A stretch of 64,000 nucleotides of DNA from Bacteroidales bacterium. Lineage in GTDB: Bacteria; Bacteroidota; Bacteroidia; Bacteroidales; WCHB1-69. The stretch is from positions 19,012 to 83,011 of the forward strand of contig JAFVNW010000043.1 of assembly GCA_017506175.1 (NCBI GenBank), given 5' to 3'. Positions within the stretch are counted from its first letter, which is position 1. The number at the start of each line of letters is the position of its first letter. A model generated the notes under the pieces. That model did not search any database. It was not told the origin of the DNA and saw only the letters and a list, made by a program, of their open reading frames with translations. Shown piece after piece: positions 10,701 to 17,602 of the stretch. The position numbers and the translations under genes are program-made.

Positions 10701-12944
10701 GGCCGTACCGTCGTTGATGGTCAGCATCGGGTCGGTGCAAGCGATGTTCACATTGGTGTTGCCGGTTGTGGCTACGCCGCCCATATTCACCATGGTCAGT
10801 GTCACGTTAGTGGTTTCGCCGCGAACAATGGATTCAGGTGTGTAGCTCTGTAAGGTTACACGCGGGGTGTTGCTGGCCTCCACGGTAATCGTAGTGAATT
10901 GCGTTTTGTAGTTCTGTGCGGAGGCGGCTAATTCGTAAGTCTCGCCTACATTCAGGGCAGGAAAGGTGAGTGTGGCGTTGCCGTTGGCATCTGCCATCAC
11001 GGCGGAAATGAAATTGAGATTTTGCGTTAGAGCGATATAAGCGTAGGGAGCACCCGTCGCAATGGTGAAGCTCGTTGCACCGTCCATGGCGGTGTAAGCG
11101 TTGTTCTGGGTCGCTTCACCATCAATGGATATTTGCATGTCGCCGGGTTGCGTGAGCCAGGTCATCAGGGAGGGATCACCCATGATGGAATAAATCTCCC
11201 AGTAATACTGCTTCAATGAGGAGGATGAGGCTTGCACGGCACTATTGCCGGCCATTACCATTGCTCCCAAAGTGACATTCCAATTCGAATAGGCCTCACC
11301 ATGGGTGTGGAACAAGCGGTCGTAGGCTCCCAAGTTTGAGGCGTTGTAGGTGGCCGAGTTGCAGTTGGAACAGCTTGTTTGCAAGCTGCGGACGCCGACG
11401 GCCCAGTAGTAGTCTTCGTCCCAGTAGGTATAGTCGGTTCCTCCGATGTATCCCACAGCACCCTTGTTGGCGGTGCGCAACAAGGCTTCACCGAAGCACT
11501 CGCTTTCGTCGAACTTGTTTGATTGGCAGCAGTTGCCGATCATCACGCCGTATTTGCCGGCATTGTTCATCTGGCTGATATAGTTGGTGGTGAAGGCGGG
11601 GGTGGCCCAACCCGATGCGCTGCAGTGAGCGGAGTAGTTTGCGTATCCGACACCGGCATTCAGATAATTGCGCATCTGGCTGGCGGTAGATGTGGTGTGT
11701 GGGTTGTAATAGGCGTGTACCTCCGTGTAGCCGTAGTTGGAGTTGACATAATTGTCTTCGAGGTAGTGCATAGCGGGGTCGGCATGTGAGTAGCCATAGT
11801 CACCGGTTCTTCCACCATCCTCGCCGGCTGCAAGCACGGCTTTGTCCAAGTAACTCGGATCCGACATGGTGTATTGCTCATACATCAAGGTCTTGTCGAT
11901 TTGCGGGGTCAGTTGGCTGACATTTTGAGCGGAGAAACGGCCGTAGTAGCAGTCGGGGATGTTGTCGTTACCGGTCCAAGTAAAGTAGTAAAGGTCGGTG
12001 ATGTGGCCGTTGTCGGCTTGTCCGGTATAGGCGGGTATTTGAGCGCGGTCGCCCACGAGTAGTACGTAGGTCGGGGCGGGGTTTTCAGCGGTGGCGTTGT
12101 CGTAAAGCCCTTGAAGATAGTTCTTGATGGCGGTGGTTGTCGTGCCGATAGTGCCCGTGTAGGCGATGTCAACGATGAACCCTTTTCTTCTTTTCCAGTT
12201 GGCGAAGTTGTCGAGTTGGCCGTTGAACATGTCATTGGCGATGATTAAGTATTTGATGGGGGCGTTGGTGAGAGCATCACGTTCAATCTGCATCGGGTTG
12301 ATAACCTCTGCGGGTGCGGTGAATTGCGAGTTGCCATGGACGCGTTTCATCCGGCTGGTGGCATCCATGTCCACATCGTCGTAGGTCACTTCCACGGTGA
12401 TGTCATCGTAGATTCTGATTTCGTTGGTCACCGGATTGTATTGGACGGGGGAGATATAGACGGTTGCAAGGTTGTTGCAGCGCATAATCCCGTTTTTCTC
12501 CACTCTTGCCAACTCGTTGCCGCAGAATGCGTTCGTGTTGTAAACGGCTTCATTCTTCACAAAACTGCGGTCGCCGACGAAGGATTTGTGGTAGGCGGGT
12601 TGTGCGGGGAAGATCGGGTTGGTGATGCCCAACTCGGCCGCGTTGTAAGTTCTTATTGAGCTGGCGTTGGCGGTCACGTGGATGTTTCCGCAAAGCGGAA
12701 TCTCAATCATCTGCGTGTAAACCGGCAATTGCGGCATTCCCACTTCGGTGGAGGAGAGGTATCCATCCATGCTCACCTTTGAGAAGGTGCCCGCCTCATT
12801 GGTGAAGTCGCTCACTTGCAACGTATTCGCATCGATTTTCAATGTCACTTGTTGGGTCCCATTGGAGACCACACGCATGTTTTGGGCAAATATCTGGCTG
12901 ATTCCCAGGTAAACGCACACTAGAATAAATAATGCTTTTTTCAT
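7788..12944 (-). CDS. Gingipain-like peptidase C25 (1718 aa) with adhesin-like, CARDB-like and InlB B-repeat (Listeria-Bacteroides repeat) modules and a T9SS type A CTD
   Basis: Signal peptide plus propeptide. C25 block KYLIIANDMF...WKRRKGF. Putative catalytic His (YSAHCSASGW) and Cys (IGNCCQSNKFD). NDWMISPELNF adhesin-like domain. C-terminus IFPNPTTDFINI...GVYFIKIFN...KFIKK. Confidence 0.85.
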   Translation of the reverse strand: MKKALFILVCVYLGISQIFAQNMRVVSNGTQQVTLKIDANTLQVSDFTNEAGTFSKVSMDGYLSSTEVGMPQLPVYTQMIEIPLCGNIHVTANASSIRTYNAAELGITNPIFPAQPAYHKSFVGDRSFVKNEAVYNTNAFCGNELARVEKNGIMRCNNLATVYISPVQYNPVTNEIRIYDDITVEVTYDDVDMDATSRMKRVHGNSQFTAPAEVINPMQIERDALTNAPIKYLIIANDMFNGQLDNFANWKRRKGFIVDIAYTGTIGTTTTAIKNYLQGLYDNATAENPAPTYVLLVGDRAQIPAYTGQADNGHITDLYYFTWTGNDNIPDCYYGRFSAQNVSQLTPQIDKTLMYEQYTMSDPSYLDKAVLAAGEDGGRTGDYGYSHADPAMHYLEDNYVNSNYGYTEVHAYYNPHTTSTASQMRNYLNAGVGYANYSAHCSASGWATPAFTTNYISQMNNAGKYGVMIGNCCQSNKFDESECFGEALLRTANKGAVGYIGGTDYTYWDEDYYWAVGVRSLQTSCSNCNSATYNASNLGAYDRLFHTHGEAYSNWNVTLGAMVMAGNSAVQASSSSLKQYYWEIYSIMGDPSLMTWLTQPGDMQISIDGEATQNNAYTAMDGATSFTIATGAPYAYIALTQNLNFISAVMADANGNATLTFPALNVGETYELAASAQNYKTQFTTITVEASNTPRVTLQSYTPESIVRGETTNVTLTMVNMGGVATTGNTNVNIACTDPMLTINDGTATYGAMSAQGGTAVVNNGFQVTANNSVENGHEFTVNYTATNNGDSWTGTFTLTVIAPEIALQDYTPQNVVHGEATNLTLTMVNNGEAATTGNTNVTISCNDPMLTINRASATYGAMAAQGGTAVVNDGFQVTADDAVETGYEFTVDYTATYNGNSWTGSFTLTALGSDCDAPVGLVASINGDEVTLTWPDESYQQTVTITDDAESHTAWTINSPGTVGWSYIDGDGGNSGQFQNFNYTGEGSQMAYIVFNRSQLTSGSTNVTAHSGSSFFASPYTYNQANNDWMISPELNFTQPFTFSFYARSFSSSYSTEQFYVAYSTTGNEEADFTNINNLTTTTTTWTAYSYTVPANAKYVAIHCVSDDQYMFCVDDITITGEASIGTPYNVYRNGVLIASNVWGGTYTDAGLENGTYCYTISTTCNVDVETPQSEPSCVTINGTIPTYTITAVPDDASHGTVTGGGTYQAGEQATLTATASAHYTFSHWSDNVTTNPRTITVTGSATYTAYFDAEQYTITAIPDDASHGTVTGGGTYAYGTTITLTATPALGYGFTSWSDNVTTNPRTITVTGNATYTANFEAGSYTITAVPDDPAHGTVTGGGSYNYNDAVTLTATPATGYVFDHWNDNVTTNPRIITVTANANYTAYFAEEGEADLEDINHSVSIISGNNDANINPGETIRVTMTSRNEGNAAATNVVSTLSSDSPFATIASPTQNFATVNAAATVLSQFEVNIDANTPNNTTITFTHDIAETDNPQDADTYTFTITVVNGGSAEVSLTDVSRFVNIISGNGDNDVNPGETIKISIYSLNEGQTDANNVLSSLTSTSPYTSISTPIITFPLMAPGVNQLSQFDVVISDNTPNGTEIPFTHQLTDGTHNFSENFTVLVVSTVGINENGQSLITIFPNPTTDFININLNNTMATQAVIYDVYGKKINEEALTETDNRINVSELANGVYFIKIFNEGQIVSTTKFIKK
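8760..9380 (-). repeat. Three tandem 207-nt (69-aa) coding repeats, InlB B-repeat type, inside the C25 gene
   Basis: The string cacggtgatggtgcgcgggttggtggtcacgttgtcgctcca recurs at ~9008 and ~9215, with a diverged copy at ~8801. Protein units run YTIT(A)xPDDxxHGTVTGGG...NVTTNPRTITVTG.ATYTA.F. Boundaries approximate. Confidence 0.85.
10200..10860 (-). repeat. Two tandem ~330-nt (110-aa) coding repeats inside the C25 gene
   Basis: DNA at 10221 and 10551 aligns (ggtgaagcttcctgtccagctgttgcc / ggtaaaggttcctgtccaactgtcgcc). Protein units run LQ.YTP..V.GE.TN.TLTMVN.G...TTGNTNV...DPMLTIN. Boundaries approximate. Confidence 0.8.
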
Positions 12945-13015
12945 TTTTTTTGATTAAGAATAGTTGTGATTTATTTTGATTGTTTGTTTTGTCTCTTCAT
13001 CCTAACCATATTTCG

Positions 13016-14440
13016 TCAGTTCGGTCTGTAGATTTCAATCAGTCGCTGCACTTCCTCGATTTTGCCGAGTTCAGGGCTGAGTGCGAGAAAAACGCGGTAT
13101 CCGTTGTAATTGATGAGCAGAGCGTTTTGCAGGTATTCGTGTCCTTTGATGCTGTTGCCTGAAAGGTAATGGAGTGCAGATAGAAAATAGGGAATCGCGT
13201 AGGCAAGGTCTTCGTTGTCAAGGTATTCCTCCAGAATATCGATGCCCATTTTGCGCAAGTCAGCGGTGGCGCAGCAGTAGGAAGTGAAGTATCTGAAAAA
13301 ATCCTCCTTGTTGTCCACCTGTTCGATGGTCAGTCGAACGAGTTCTTTGAGCTTCTCAATTTGTTCCTCTTCTTGAAAATAGGGGAGGATGCCGAACAGC
13401 AGTTCAAAGCTCTGCGGGTTCAGTGTGAAGGACTTTTTGATGAATGCCTCCGCTTCGGACTCTCGCCCCGTGTCACGCAGCACGGTGATACAGCCCATGA
13501 TGGCATCCACCGTGTTGGGTTCTATATCCAAAGCCTGATGGTAGTAGTTGAGTGCGGCATCGTATTGTTCCAGTTCCAGATAGCAGTCTCCAATACCCGA
13601 CATCGCGTGGAAGTCGTTCTCGTCCCAGCGCAAAGTCTCCTGGTAGTAGTGGATCGCCTCCTCGTATTTCTGCAGGTCGTAGTAGGCATTGCCGATGTTG
13701 AAATAAGCGGTCGATGACTCTTCGTCCAGACTGATGACATTCATATACGCCTCGATGCACTCCTCGAACTCCTTTTGCCATCCCAATGACAGGCCGAGGG
13801 CGAACCATGAGGCCTTGCTCAGCGGGAACTGGTCGGTGAGGGCGCGGAAGAAGTCCACTGCGGCATCCGGACGGCTGATGTCTTCAAAAATATAGGAGAT
13901 CGTGAAGAGCTGCTCCTCCATCACATCGTCCTCTTCCAAGGCGTAAATCACCAGTTGGAGGCCTTTTTTGAACTGAAGGTTCTTCACGTATTCGCCGCCC
14001 AGCATGAAGTTGATTTCCGGATTTTCGGGTTCCATTTCGTACGCTTTCTGCAATAGCGGAAGGGCGGCGTCATCTTTTCCGGAAATTTTGAAAAAGAAAG
14101 CCTTCTCCAAGTAAAACTCCGCTGAGGGCGGAAATTCGTCCTCTATCTTGTCCAACTCCTTGCTGGCGGTCTCCAGCTTCAACTCCATAATGAGTTTCTT
14201 CACTTTCAGGATCCGGAACGCGAATGACTTGGGGTAAAGGCGGATTCCCAACTCCACGGCTTCGTTCGCATAAAAGAACTCGAAGCGTGCAATCAATTCA
14301 TCTGCAATCAGTTCCAAATCGTCGGAGTCAAAAAAACGTGGGGATTTCACATCCACCGCCTCCTTGAACTGATTGACCAGTTCGTCTATTTCGTTGTCGT
14401 TATAATCGTTATTAAAGTCGTCGTTTTCTTCCATTTGCAA
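13016..14440 (-). CDS. Cytoplasmic TPR-repeat protein
   Basis: 474 aa. Repeated A..YY..AL...P.. TPR-like units, an acidic N-terminus and no signal peptide. Confidence 0.7.
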   Translation of the reverse strand: MQMEENDDFNNDYNDNEIDELVNQFKEAVDVKSPRFFDSDDLELIADELIARFEFFYANEAVELGIRLYPKSFAFRILKVKKLIMELKLETASKELDKIEDEFPPSAEFYLEKAFFFKISGKDDAALPLLQKAYEMEPENPEINFMLGGEYVKNLQFKKGLQLVIYALEEDDVMEEQLFTISYIFEDISRPDAAVDFFRALTDQFPLSKASWFALGLSLGWQKEFEECIEAYMNVISLDEESSTAYFNIGNAYYDLQKYEEAIHYYQETLRWDENDFHAMSGIGDCYLELEQYDAALNYYHQALDIEPNTVDAIMGCITVLRDTGRESEAEAFIKKSFTLNPQSFELLFGILPYFQEEEQIEKLKELVRLTIEQVDNKEDFFRYFTSYCCATADLRKMGIDILEEYLDNEDLAYAIPYFLSALHYLSGNSIKGHEYLQNALLINYNGYRVFLALSPELGKIEEVQRLIEIYRPN

Positions 14441-14458
14441 TGGCTAAAATTAAGCGGG

Positions 14459-14466
14459 CAAATATA
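14459..14466 (-). promoter_or_regulatory. -7 promoter box (TATATTTG) for the TPR gene and probably the downstream C25 operon
   Basis: The reverse complement of caaatata lies 19 nt upstream of the start at 14440. I saw no TAnnTTTG box between 12945 and 13015. Confidence 0.45.
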
Positions 14467-14627
14467 CGATATTTTTATTAAAGGTGGATGGCTTTATTTC
14501 TAAATTCTTACAAGGGAAATCAAGTCGTCGGGAATCGTGCTGATGAAGAACGTGAGAGTTTGTTTCTGCCAAACCAATAGGGATAATCCCGCTTTTCAGG
14601 ATATTGTGTGTATGGAGAAGCTATTGT

Positions 14628-14930
14628 TTATTTTGAAGGCTTGTAGGGTGTTTGTGCTTCTGCTACAATCGGTGGCGCAACTTCTGATGTTTCGTATGCG
14701 GGCACGCTGTTCTCGTAAAGGTATTCTGGGGCGAGATCGGCCCCGTTTTCCCATTCTATGGTATTGAACCGTATGCTGAAATGCTGAAATTGTTTTTTGT
14801 CACGCAGCGGCTCAAACACTTCACCCTTTAGTGAATGGGCGAGATCAACGTCACGTACCTCACCATTGTTGAACCACATTCGGATTTTATATTCTTCGAG
14901 ATATTTTGCTCTGTTGATTTCGAGAAACAT
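14628..14930 (-). CDS. DUF2442 domain protein
   Basis: 100 aa. The pattern ...YKIRMWFNNGEVRDVDL...F.PL......F......N.TIEWENGADLAPEYLY matches my recollection of DUF2442. Confidence 0.65.
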   Translation of the reverse strand: MFLEINRAKYLEEYKIRMWFNNGEVRDVDLAHSLKGEVFEPLRDKKQFQHFSIRFNTIEWENGADLAPEYLYENSVPAYETSEVAPPIVAEAQTPYKPSK

Positions 14931-14938
14931 TTCAAATA

Positions 14939-15196
14939 TTATTTTAAGGGTTCTATGGTATCCAGTTTCCTACCACATTTTGCTTTGTTCCAGTTAGATA
15001 ACAATTCATCCTTATGTAGTTCGAGCCATTCAAAAATCAGATGCAGTGCGCGTTTGGGCATCTCTCCTTTGACTAATCCATCGGCGATGTTTACCGACAC
15101 CTTGTACTCTCCATACCAAGCGTGAAAATGGGCAGGGGCATGATCGTTATAGTTCATAAAGATGATAATTCCATAGAATGAGCAGATTTGAGGCAT
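14939..15196 (-). CDS. DUF4160 domain protein
   Basis: MPQICSFYGIIIFMNYNDHAPAHFHAWYGEYK... is a DUF4160-like signature. Start moved to the ATG at 15196 because the track start at 15223 lies inside the -7 box. Confidence 0.65.
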   Translation of the reverse strand: MPQICSFYGIIIFMNYNDHAPAHFHAWYGEYKVSVNIADGLVKGEMPKRALHLIFEWLELHKDELLSNWNKAKCGRKLDTIEPLK

Positions 15197-15220
15197 AGCA
15201 GTCTTAGTTTTATTAGCGTG

Positions 15221-15228
15221 CAAAAGTA
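15221..15228 (-). promoter_or_regulatory. -7 promoter box (TACTTTTG) for the DUF4160/DUF2442 pair
   Basis: The reverse complement of caaaagta lies 25 nt upstream of the ATG at 15196. Confidence 0.5.
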
Positions 15229-15486
15229 CAATTTTTTTTCGGAAATGTTCTTTTGGGGGCGTTGATTATTATGTGGAAAATGCGGAAAGCCATTGTAAAT
15301 CAGAAAATAATTTGTATTTTCGCCCCGCATACTTTCGGATTCTGTTTAACAGACTTCGCAGGGTCTGAAGGTGGGGCAAAAAGTAGTAAAATTGAAATCA
15401 CCTTGAGAAAAGCACTTCGTCAAGACTAAAAGATTCCATCTTGCCTAAGTGTAAATGTCAACATTCGGAATCTACATTTTAATATC

Positions 15487-15885
15487 ATGAAATGGTACAT
15501 TAAAGTAATGAAAAATTATCTAACCTTTGATGGTCGTGCACGCCGCACCGAATACTGGATGTTCGTGCTCTTCAACGCGTTATTCTGCATTGCCGCGATA
15601 ATTCTGGACAATTTGTTGGGTTTGAATTTCTCGCGGACTGTGTACGGCGTTGAAGTCGGCATGTATTACGGCTGGATATACACGATTTATGGACTGGTCG
15701 TTCTGCTCCCTAGTTTTGCCGTTGGTGTACGTCGTCTGCACGACATCGGGAAAAGTGGATGGTTGTTGTTAGTCAGTTTGATTCCCATTGTCGGCGGCAT
15801 CATTCTTCTCATATTTATGTGCACAAATGGCCAGATAGGTGAAAATCAATACGGTCCAGATCCAAAAGGGGAAGAAGTGCAATAA
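15487..15885 (+). CDS. DUF805-family inner membrane protein
   Basis: Motifs F.GRARRTEYWMF.L and RRLHDIGKSGW, with 3-4 TM helices. Confidence 0.75.
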   Translation: MKWYIKVMKNYLTFDGRARRTEYWMFVLFNALFCIAAIILDNLLGLNFSRTVYGVEVGMYYGWIYTIYGLVVLLPSFAVGVRRLHDIGKSGWLLLVSLIPIVGGIILLIFMCTNGQIGENQYGPDPKGEEVQ

Positions 15886-16030
15886 GATTCCGTTATACCA
15901 CCATTCCGCCCGCCGCCAAGGTCGGCGGAACCTCCTCCGATTCCCCATGCGGTTGATTATTGCTGCCCCACCATTCTGCCGACCGTCAGGCTGAAGGCTC
16001 CTCCACCTTTCAATTTTCAATTCTCAATTT

Positions 16031-17602
16031 TCAATTTGCCACTATCGCGATGGCCGTGCGCAGTCCGTCGATGGCGGCGGAGGTGATGCCGCCCGCATAG
16101 CCGGCTCCTTCGCCCACGGGATAGATGCCCGCCACATTGCTCTGCCGCTGCTCGTCGCGAAGAATCCGTACCGGCGAGGAACTGCGCGACTCAATGCCCG
16201 TCAATACTGCATCCGGATCGTTGAATCCGCGCAACCGTCTGTCAAACAACGGAATGGCCTCCCGCAAGGACTGCGTTACATAGTGCGGCAGGCAGCGGCT
16301 TAAATCGCAGAAAACGACTCCGTGCGGGTAGCTTGGCTTCACGCTGCGTGATGCGGTGGCGACCTCGCCTTGCAAAAACTCTCGCATCAGGTTGGCGGGC
16401 GCACGGTAGTCTCCGCCGACTTGGAATGCCAGCCGCTCGTATTTCTCTTGATAAGCCAGTCCATCCAAAGGACTGCCTTTATAAAAGTCGGCGGGTTCTA
16501 TCCCGACGAGAAGTGCGCTGTTTGCGTTCGTCTTGCTGCGGCTCTTCTCGCTCATCCCGTTGGTGACTATCGTATTGGGCTCGCTGGCGGAGGCCATGAC
16601 CGTGCCGCCCGGGCACATACAGAAGGTATAGACGCTGCGCTTGGCGAGGTGGATCGCGCCTTTGTAACTGGCCGCCGGCAGAAAACGAGCGGATTTCCCG
16701 TATTGAATTGTGTTGATTTTGCTTTGCAGATGTTCCACCCGCACGCCCATTGAGAAGCTTTTGGCCTCCATCTGCAGACCTTTTGCGTATAGGTGGCGGA
16801 TGGTGTCGCGGGCGGAATGACCAAGGCACAACAGCAGGTGACGGGTGGAAAAACGTAATTTGTTTTGGGTGTAAATGTTTAATAATGTGCCGTCAGTGTC
16901 GAAATCTGTGAAGCAGGTGTTGAAGTGAAATTCACCGCCCAACTCGATGATCTCTTGACGGATGTTCCTGACCACTTTTTCCAAATAGTCGGTGCCGACG
17001 TGTGGATTGCTGGCGTAGGTGACATCCTCGGTGGCGCCGTGCTTGAAGAACTCTTCCAAAACGAAGCCGATGAGCTCGTTGTGCAGGTTTGTGGTCAGCT
17101 TGCCGTCGGAGAAGGTCCCCGCGCCGCCCTCGCCGAACTGCACGTTGCTATTCATATCCAACTCTTTCGTTTTCAGGAAGTTGTCAACCTTGGCTTTGCG
17201 CTCTTCAATGCGGCTTCCGCGTTCAAGGACGATGGGTCGTGCATGGCAGCGGGCCAAGTACAGCGCCGCGAACATTCCCGCCGGACCAAAACCGACCACG
17301 ACGGGGCGTGTTTCGAATCCCCATGCCGGATATTCCATCTCGGCTGGTTTCTGAAAGAGGGCAACATCCTGATTCTGAAGTAATTCTGGAAAATCCCCAT
17401 TTATTTTCAGATAGACTTGAAAATCATACCGGATGTCATTCTTTTTCCGTGCGTCAATGGAGGAGCGCAAAATACGGAAATTGGCAATGTTCTCGGGTTT
17501 TATTCTCAACTTCTTGATAACCAGTCTTTTGGCTGCGTCTTTCAAAGACGAAGGATGTACTTCGGTGACCGGTGCTCTTAGGTTGGCGACTTTAATTTCC
17601 AT
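16031..17602 (-). CDS. FAD-dependent oxidoreductase (COG2509-like uncharacterised FAD dehydrogenase)
   Basis: Dinucleotide-binding motif VVVGFGPAGMFAALYLA. Start set to MEIKVANL at 17602, which overlaps the upstream gene by 11 nt. The track N-terminal extension is Ala/Ser-rich and runs into the upstream CDS. Confidence 0.7.
   Translation of the reverse strand: MEIKVANLRAPVTEVHPSSLKDAAKRLVIKKLRIKPENIANFRILRSSIDARKKNDIRYDFQVYLKINGDFPELLQNQDVALFQKPAEMEYPAWGFETRPVVVGFGPAGMFAALYLARCHARPIVLERGSRIEERKAKVDNFLKTKELDMNSNVQFGEGGAGTFSDGKLTTNLHNELIGFVLEEFFKHGATEDVTYASNPHVGTDYLEKVVRNIRQEIIELGGEFHFNTCFTDFDTDGTLLNIYTQNKLRFSTRHLLLCLGHSARDTIRHLYAKGLQMEAKSFSMGVRVEHLQSKINTIQYGKSARFLPAASYKGAIHLAKRSVYTFCMCPGGTVMASASEPNTIVTNGMSEKSRSKTNANSALLVGIEPADFYKGSPLDGLAYQEKYERLAFQVGGDYRAPANLMREFLQGEVATASRSVKPSYPHGVVFCDLSRCLPHYVTQSLREAIPLFDRRLRGFNDPDAVLTGIESRSSSPVRILRDEQRQSNVAGIYPVGEGAGYAGGITSAAIDGLRTAIAIVAN

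Noticed and set aside
8060-10860. Regularly spaced DNA repeats that might be mistaken for a CRISPR array or satellite
   Set aside because: The periods are 207 and 330 nt, and the repeats are in frame inside a continuous 1718-codon ORF. They encode recognisable protein modules. No short direct repeat and unique spacer structure is present.
4396-14440. Possibility that the tRNA marks the edge of an integrated genomic island carrying the C25 operon
   Set aside because: No integrase, recombinase or other mobility gene is present. I did not spot a direct repeat of the tRNA 3' end further along. The adjacent genes use the same promoter type and compact spacing as the rest of the window. Excluding this fully would need a computed repeat search and comparative genomics.
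14537-14767. 76-aa plus-strand ORF in the gap left of the DUF2442 gene
   Set aside because: It overlaps the 3' end of the DUF2442 gene in antisense and has no promoter box or motif. It is most likely spurious.
15910-15928. CCGCCG-N7-CGGCGG hairpin downstream of the DUF805 gene, considered as an intrinsic terminator
   Set aside because: It is not followed by a T tract on either strand, so I did not annotate it as a terminator. It is kept only as part of the repeat observation.
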